Source of the DNA: a virus
Taxonomy: Duplodnaviria > Caudoviricetes
Reading direction: 5' to 3' (one strand)
Length of the DNA stretch: 46,664 bases
IMG/VR virus record: IMGVR_UViG_3300048855_000047
Coordinates: 1-46,664 of that record
Shown: one piece after another, positions 42,180 to 46,664 of the stretch
Layout of the letters: every line of letters starts with the position of its first letter
How positions within the stretch are numbered: position 1 is the stretch's first letter
The notes under the pieces: model-generated
The model's input: the letters and a program-made list of their open reading frames with translations, nothing else
Told to the model about the DNA's origin: nothing
Databases searched by the model: none
Program-made: the position numbers and the translations under genes

Positions 42180-43774
42180 CGCTCCTCCAGGCCCCGCCTC
42201 CGTCGCTGGACCCCCTGGAGTACGCGGCGCGGGCGTGGGAGCCCCGCCCCCGGGACGAGCGGTTCCCCATGCCCGTGGACCTCGCGCGGGCCGTGGACCC
42301 CACGACCGTGCAGACCCCGGCGCTGGCGCTCATCGACCGCGAACTGGCGGCCGTGGAGCGGGGCGAGACGGACCGGCTCATCATCTCGCTCCCCCCGCAG
42401 GAGGGTAAGTCCACCCGCGTGACCACGGTGGGCGCCCTGTGGTTCCTGCTGCGCAACCCCGACCGACGCGTGGCCGTCGTGTCCTACGGGCAGGAGCTCG
42501 CCGACGAGTTCGGCCGGAACATCCGCAACTTCCTGGCCGTGAACGACGGCGAGGACGGCGGCCTGGACCTCGGGCTGCGGATCGCCCGGGATAACGGGTC
42601 GATCCGCAAGTGGCAGGTGCAGGGCCGTCGCGGCGGCGTGCGCTCCGTCGGTCTGCTCGGTGGCCTGACGGGCCGCGCCGTGGACGCGCTGTTCATCGAT
42701 GACCCCATCTCCAACATGGAGCAGGCGCTGTCGCAGACGTACCGCGACCGGGCGTGGCGGTTCTGGCAGGGCGTCGCCGGTACCCGCCTGGCGCCTGGTG
42801 CGCCCGTCGTGCTGATCCTGACTCGCTGGCACCATGACGACCTCGCGGGCCGCCTGCTGGCCGCCGAGGACGGTGACCGGTGGCGCGTCGTGAACATCCC
42901 GGCGCAGGCCCGGCACGACCCCGCCAAGGGTGAGACGGACCCCCTGGGCCGTGAGCCCGGGGAGTGGCTGCGGTCCGCCCGCGAGTACCGGGACCCGGTG
43001 ACGGGCCTCATGCGCCCCCGCTCCGACGCGGAGTGGGAGGCCATCCGGCGCCAGGTCGGGCCCACGGTGTTCCAGGCGCTGTACCAGGGCGACCCGTCCC
43101 CCGAGGACGGGGACGTGTTCCCCTCGGAGTGGGCGCGGTACACCGAGCCGCTGTGGGTGGAGCAGCACGACGGCTCCCGGTGGGTCCTGGACGAGGACCA
43201 GACGGTGGAGGTCGTGCAGTCCTGGGACATGGCGTTCAAGGATACGAAGGCCAGCGACTACGTGGTGGGGCAGGTGTGGGCCCGCATCGGCAACAAGGCG
43301 TACCTCCTGGACCAGGTGCGCGGCCGGTGGGGGTTCACCGAGACGTGCCGTCAGCTAGTCGCCCTGTCGAGGAAGTGGCCGCAGGCTACGGCCAAGTTCG
43401 TGGAGGACAAGGCGAACGGCCCGGCCGTGATGAACGCCCTCCAGCGGACCATCATCGGGATGATCCCGGTGGAGCCGGAGGGGTCGAAGATGGCCCGCGC
43501 GCAGGCGGTGTCGCCCCTGGCGCACTCGGGGAACATCGTGCTGCCGACGTCGGACCCGGACTCTCCGATGCGGGCGGAGGTGACGTTCGTGGACGACCTG
43601 ACGCTGGAGGCGTCGCAGTTCCCGAACGGCACGCACGACGACCAGGTGGACACCATGTCGCAGGCCGTGAACCGGCTGCTGCTCATGCCGACGCTGGACG
43701 GCGAGGTGCTCGGGCAGGAGGACCTGCTGGACCTCGGCGAGGACCCAACGGGGTATGCCGGCGGGTACGAGTGA
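42176..43774 (+). CDS. terL: terminase large subunit
   Basis: Walker A PPQEGKST, Walker B FIDDP, TRWHHDDL, nuclease SWD...EDKANG...HDDQVD. Confidence 0.93.
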   Translation: MTLLQAPPPSLDPLEYAARAWEPRPRDERFPMPVDLARAVDPTTVQTPALALIDRELAAVERGETDRLIISLPPQEGKSTRVTTVGALWFLLRNPDRRVAVVSYGQELADEFGRNIRNFLAVNDGEDGGLDLGLRIARDNGSIRKWQVQGRRGGVRSVGLLGGLTGRAVDALFIDDPISNMEQALSQTYRDRAWRFWQGVAGTRLAPGAPVVLILTRWHHDDLAGRLLAAEDGDRWRVVNIPAQARHDPAKGETDPLGREPGEWLRSAREYRDPVTGLMRPRSDAEWEAIRRQVGPTVFQALYQGDPSPEDGDVFPSEWARYTEPLWVEQHDGSRWVLDEDQTVEVVQSWDMAFKDTKASDYVVGQVWARIGNKAYLLDQVRGRWGFTETCRQLVALSRKWPQATAKFVEDKANGPAVMNALQRTIIGMIPVEPEGSKMARAQAVSPLAHSGNIVLPTSDPDSPMRAEVTFVDDLTLEASQFPNGTHDDQVDTMSQAVNRLLLMPTLDGEVLGQEDLLDLGEDPTGYAGGYE

Positions 43775-43785
43775 CCCCGCCGGGG

Positions 43786-43815
43786 TTGTGCCCACCCCAG
43801 CACGGGTGCTACGGT
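43786..43815 (+). promoter_or_regulatory. palindrome-containing promoter P15
   Basis: TTGTGC-18 nt-TACGGT; nearly identical to P11. Confidence 0.75.
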
Positions 43816-43866
43816 AACGACATCAGCACCGCACGCCCCGCCCGCCCCAGCAAGGAGACCCCGACC

Positions 43867-44478
43867 ATGAAGTCCAGCGACATCACCCCCGGCGTCGAGT
43901 ACGCCACCAGCAGCAGCAACGACTGGCAGAACTACCCCGCCGGTGGCGGCGGCTACCGAGCCACCACCCGCGTCCGGGTCCTCGCCACCGGCTACGAGCA
44001 GGAGACGACCACCGGGTGGGGCTACGGGAGGCACGACCGGGACGAGAAGCGCCGCGTCGAGACCATCGGCGGCGTCGAGGTCAGCGTCTACGCCCGGCCG
44101 CGCACGAAGGCGTACCAGAACCCGGCCGGGGTCCTCGTCATCGCCCTGGACGCCACCACCGGCGAGCCGACCACGCTCACGGGCGGCAAGCCCCGTGCCT
44201 ACGTCGTGCGGCCCCAGGAGGTCCGCACCGAGTGGACCGAGGCCGTCCGGGTCATCGAGCAGCGGGCCGCCGCCCGGGACGAGGCCCTGCGCAAGCGCCG
44301 CGAGATGGCCACGGACCGCTTCCGTCGGCACGAGACCCTCGTCCACCACCTGACCGACCTCCTGGGCAGCGACCAGGCGGCGCGGGTCCGGTACATCACG
44401 GACTCCGACTCCGTGCGCGTCCCCTACGAGGTCATGGACGCCCTGCTCGCCCGCACCACCGTCGCCCAGGGCTCCTGA
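43867..44478 (+). CDS. hypothetical protein (moron-like, own promoter and terminator)
   Basis: AAGGAG RBS; MKSSDITPGVEYA. Confidence 0.75.
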   Translation: MKSSDITPGVEYATSSSNDWQNYPAGGGGYRATTRVRVLATGYEQETTTGWGYGRHDRDEKRRVETIGGVEVSVYARPRTKAYQNPAGVLVIALDATTGEPTTLTGGKPRAYVVRPQEVRTEWTEAVRVIEQRAAARDEALRKRREMATDRFRRHETLVHHLTDLLGSDQAARVRYITDSDSVRVPYEVMDALLARTTVAQGS

Positions 44479-44480
44479 GC

Positions 44481-44523
44481 CCCGGCCCGGGGCGAGTGCC
44501 CATCCACCCCGCCCCGGGCCGGG
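44481..44523 (+). terminator. 14-bp stem-loop
   Basis: cccggcccggggcg / cgccccgggccggg. Confidence 0.65.
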
Positions 44524-44561
44524 AACCACCCCCCCGCCACACCCACAGGAGGTGCGCCACC

Positions 44562-44801
44562 ATGGTCACCGAAGCCCAGGCCGCACGCATCGCGGCCACC
44601 CTGGAGGACGCCGCCGACCTCGCCCGCTGGGGCGTGGGCCTCACCGAGGCAGCGCGACGGCTCGACCGGCGCAGCGCCAGCGCCCTGGAGGTGTTCCTGC
44701 TGAGGCAGGGAGCGAACGACCTCCTGCGCCGACTCCGCGCCCAGGACCCGCTGGCCGAGTCCGTCATGCGCGGGCAGAAGTCGTGGGACAGTGCCGCATG
44801 A
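44562..44801 (+). CDS. small HTH-like protein
   Basis: AGGAGG RBS; GVGLTEAARRLDRRSASALEVFL. Confidence 0.6.
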   Translation: MVTEAQAARIAATLEDAADLARWGVGLTEAARRLDRRSASALEVFLLRQGANDLLRRLRAQDPLAESVMRGQKSWDSAA

Positions 44802-45004
44802 CCACCGACGCCTGGTTCGGGCTGGCCCTGCTGGCCGCGTCCACCGTGCCGTTCATGCTCGCGGTGCTCGTCATGGTCGTGGCCGAGCAGTGCCCGTGGC
44901 CGATGACCGTCCTGCTGCTGCTCCTGGGGTCCGCCATCGCCGCCGCGTCGCTGCTCATCGGGGCGTGGGGTGCCGTGATCCTCCTGGCGGGGTGGCTCTG
45001 GTGA
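44798..45004 (+). CDS. small 2-TM membrane protein
   Basis: Almost entirely hydrophobic; ATGA overlap. Confidence 0.6.
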   Translation: MTTDAWFGLALLAASTVPFMLAVLVMVVAEQCPWPMTVLLLLLGSAIAAASLLIGAWGAVILLAGWLW

Positions 45005-45435
45005 GCGACGGTAGCTTCAGCACCGCAGCACGCGCCGCCATCTACGGCCGCACGGGCGATCAGTGCGCCGGGTGCCGGGCGCCCGCCACCAACATCCAGC
45101 ACCGGGTCGCCCGGGGCATGGGCGGCACCCGCGACGCCCGCAAGGGTCACCCCGCGAACGGCATCCCCCTGTGCGGGTCCGGCACGACCGGCTGCCACGG
45201 GTGGGCGGAGGCCAACCCCGAGCACGCCCTGGCCCTGGGCTGGCGGCTCCCGCAGGGCGCCGACCCCCTGGAGTGGCCGTACTGGAGCGCCGCCGGGCCG
45301 TGGCGGTGGGTGCTCGTGGACCCCGCCGGGTTCATCGTGTACGTGGACGAGGACGAGGACATCACGCCCGAGCAGCGCGACGCCGCCCGCCTGGCTGTGG
45401 AGTCCCTGCGCGAGGACCGCCGCACCCGCGCGTAG
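45001..45435 (+). CDS. HNH endonuclease
   Basis: CAGC...QHRVARGMGG...ANGIPLCGSGTTGCHG. Confidence 0.85.
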   Translation: MSDGSFSTAARAAIYGRTGDQCAGCRAPATNIQHRVARGMGGTRDARKGHPANGIPLCGSGTTGCHGWAEANPEHALALGWRLPQGADPLEWPYWSAAGPWRWVLVDPAGFIVYVDEDEDITPEQRDAARLAVESLREDRRTRA

Positions 45436-45456
45436 CAGGGCCGCCGGGGTCCCGTC

Positions 45457-45475
45457 TGGCATGATCGGGCCCATG
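45457..45475 (+). promoter_or_regulatory. class-2 motif TGGCATGAT-N7-ATG before portal
   Basis: No SD before ATG 45473; same spacing as 1804-1822. Confidence 0.5.
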
Positions 45476-46664
45476 GGAATCCTGGGGTTCGGTCGGGCCA
45501 GCGAGGCAGAGACCGTCACGCGAGCCGAGTACGACTCCCTGGCCGGCGTGGCCGACGTCATGCGCGAGTCCATCGCGGACCTGGAGCTCGCACTGGAGGA
45601 TCGCGGTTGGGAGTCCATCGACCGCGAGGGTGGCAAGGCGTTCACCCGCGAGGGGCTGCACAAGATCAGCACCCGGTGCCGCACGTACGCCGTCGCGAAC
45701 CCCCTGGTGAAGCGAGGCCTCGCGATCCGCGCCGGGTTCATCTTCGGGCAGGGCGTCACCGTCAACGCCACCGCGAACGGCAAGCCCGAGGCCGACGGCA
45801 CCACGTACCAGAACGTGGACGCCGTGATCCGCGCCGTGTGGGACGACCGCGCGAACCAGCGGTCCGTGTTCTCCCTCCAGGCCCTGGAGCGGCTGGAGCG
45901 TTCGCACGGCACCGACGGCGGCGTGTTCCTGGCCCTGTGGACCTCCCCCCTCACGGGGTTCGTGCGTCCCCGGTCCGTCCCGTTCGATGAGGTGCGGGAC
46001 ATCATCACGAACCCCGAGGACCGCGAGGACCCGTGGTACTACCTGCGCGAGTACGACGTGCGGACCGTGGACACCGCCGGGAAGGTCGGCAGCCGCAAGG
46101 AGTGGGTGGCGCACCCCGCCGAGGGGTTCCGCCCCCGCCAGCGGCCGGACTTCCTGCTGAACCTGCCGGGCCTGCCCGGCGAGGTGCCGATCCTGTGGGA
46201 CGCACCGATGATCCACACCAAGGTGAACGCCCTGGACGGGTGGAAGTTCGGCATCGGTGACGCCTACGCGGCCTTGCCGTGGGCCCGCATGGACCGCGAC
46301 TACCTGCGGAACTGGTCGGTCGTCATGGAGTCCCTGGCGCAGTTCACGTGGCAGGCCACCCCGAAGGGGCAGGCGTCCGCGAAGAAGTCCCAGGCGCTGC
46401 GCGCGGCCATGTCCCGGGTGAAGGGCCCCCAGGTCGGGACCCTCGGGGAGGACATCCCCGGCGCCCCCGGGCAGGCGAACCCCGCCAGCGTCGGCGCGAC
46501 CGCGCAGGGGTTCGACCTGACCGCCATCCCGAAGTCCGGGGCGACCATCGACGCGAACGCCTCCAAGCCGTTCAAGTCGTACGTGGCGTCCGCGCTCGGG
46601 GTGCCCGTGACGCAACTCACCGGTGACCCGGGCACGACCGGCGCCCGCGCGGTCGCCGAGACCC
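45473..46664 (+). CDS. portal protein, N-terminal part (runs off the end and continues at 1..582)
   Basis: Translated by hand: MGILGFG...LEDRGW...NPLVKRGL...FGQGV...IITNPEDRE; in frame with 1..582; absent from the ORF track because it has no stop in the window. Confidence 0.85.
   Translation, partial: MGILGFGRASEAETVTRAEYDSLAGVADVMRESIADLELALEDRGWESIDREGGKAFTREGLHKISTRCRTYAVANPLVKRGLAIRAGFIFGQGVTVNATANGKPEADGTTYQNVDAVIRAVWDDRANQRSVFSLQALERLERSHGTDGGVFLALWTSPLTGFVRPRSVPFDEVRDIITNPEDREDPWYYLREYDVRTVDTAGKVGSRKEWVAHPAEGFRPRQRPDFLLNLPGLPGEVPILWDAPMIHTKVNALDGWKFGIGDAYAALPWARMDRDYLRNWSVVMESLAQFTWQATPKGQASAKKSQALRAAMSRVKGPQVGTLGEDIPGAPGQANPASVGATAQGFDLTAIPKSGATIDANASKPFKSYVASALGVPVTQLTGDPGTTGARAVAET
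46538..46664 (+). repeat. 127-nt direct terminal overlap (copy 2)
   Basis: Identical to 1-127. Confidence 0.95.

Noticed and set aside
1677-43815. Repeated palindromic motif as a CRISPR array or integron attC series
   Set aside because: Copies are dispersed kilobases apart, have promoter geometry, and no cas or integrase gene is visible
1-46664. tRNA, rRNA or tmRNA genes
   Set aside because: No cloverleaf with a TTCRA T-loop was seen by eye in the intergenic gaps; tRNAscan-SE or ARAGORN would be decisive

Overview
This window appears to be the complete genome of a very GC-rich, tailed (siphovirus-like) actinobacteriophage. The first 127 nt repeat exactly at 46538-46664 and the portal gene reads in frame across the junction, giving a 46,537-bp circular map. 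About 80 plausible genes lie on the + strand, and the long - strand ORFs look like shadow frames. The head genes are portal, MuF-like protein, protease/scaffold, DUF2190-like cement and major capsid. They are followed by head-tail proteins, major tail, frameshifted tail chaperones, tape measure, minor tail proteins, amidase endolysin, holin and a 999-aa fibre. The remainder holds an LAxTG surface protein, AAA ATPase + SSB, HTH proteins, a RuvC-like resolvase, a C5 methyltransferase, many small genes, small and large terminase and an HNH nuclease. I could not recognise an integrase, CI-type repressor, DNA polymerase, primase, helicase or replication initiator. Most notable: (1) a ~550-nt non-coding, densely base-paired region (26311-26860) within the replication/recombination module; (2) a 15-copy promoter motif with an AGCAC-N2-GTGCT palindrome between -35 and -10, plus a second leaderless motif before structural genes; (3) a sortase-type LAxTG cell-wall protein; (4) a secreted 4-Cys hairpin peptide; (5) a BldC-like regulator; (6) a gene built from cassettes joined by repeated linkers. 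All product calls come from motif recognition by eye and synteny; no searches were run.
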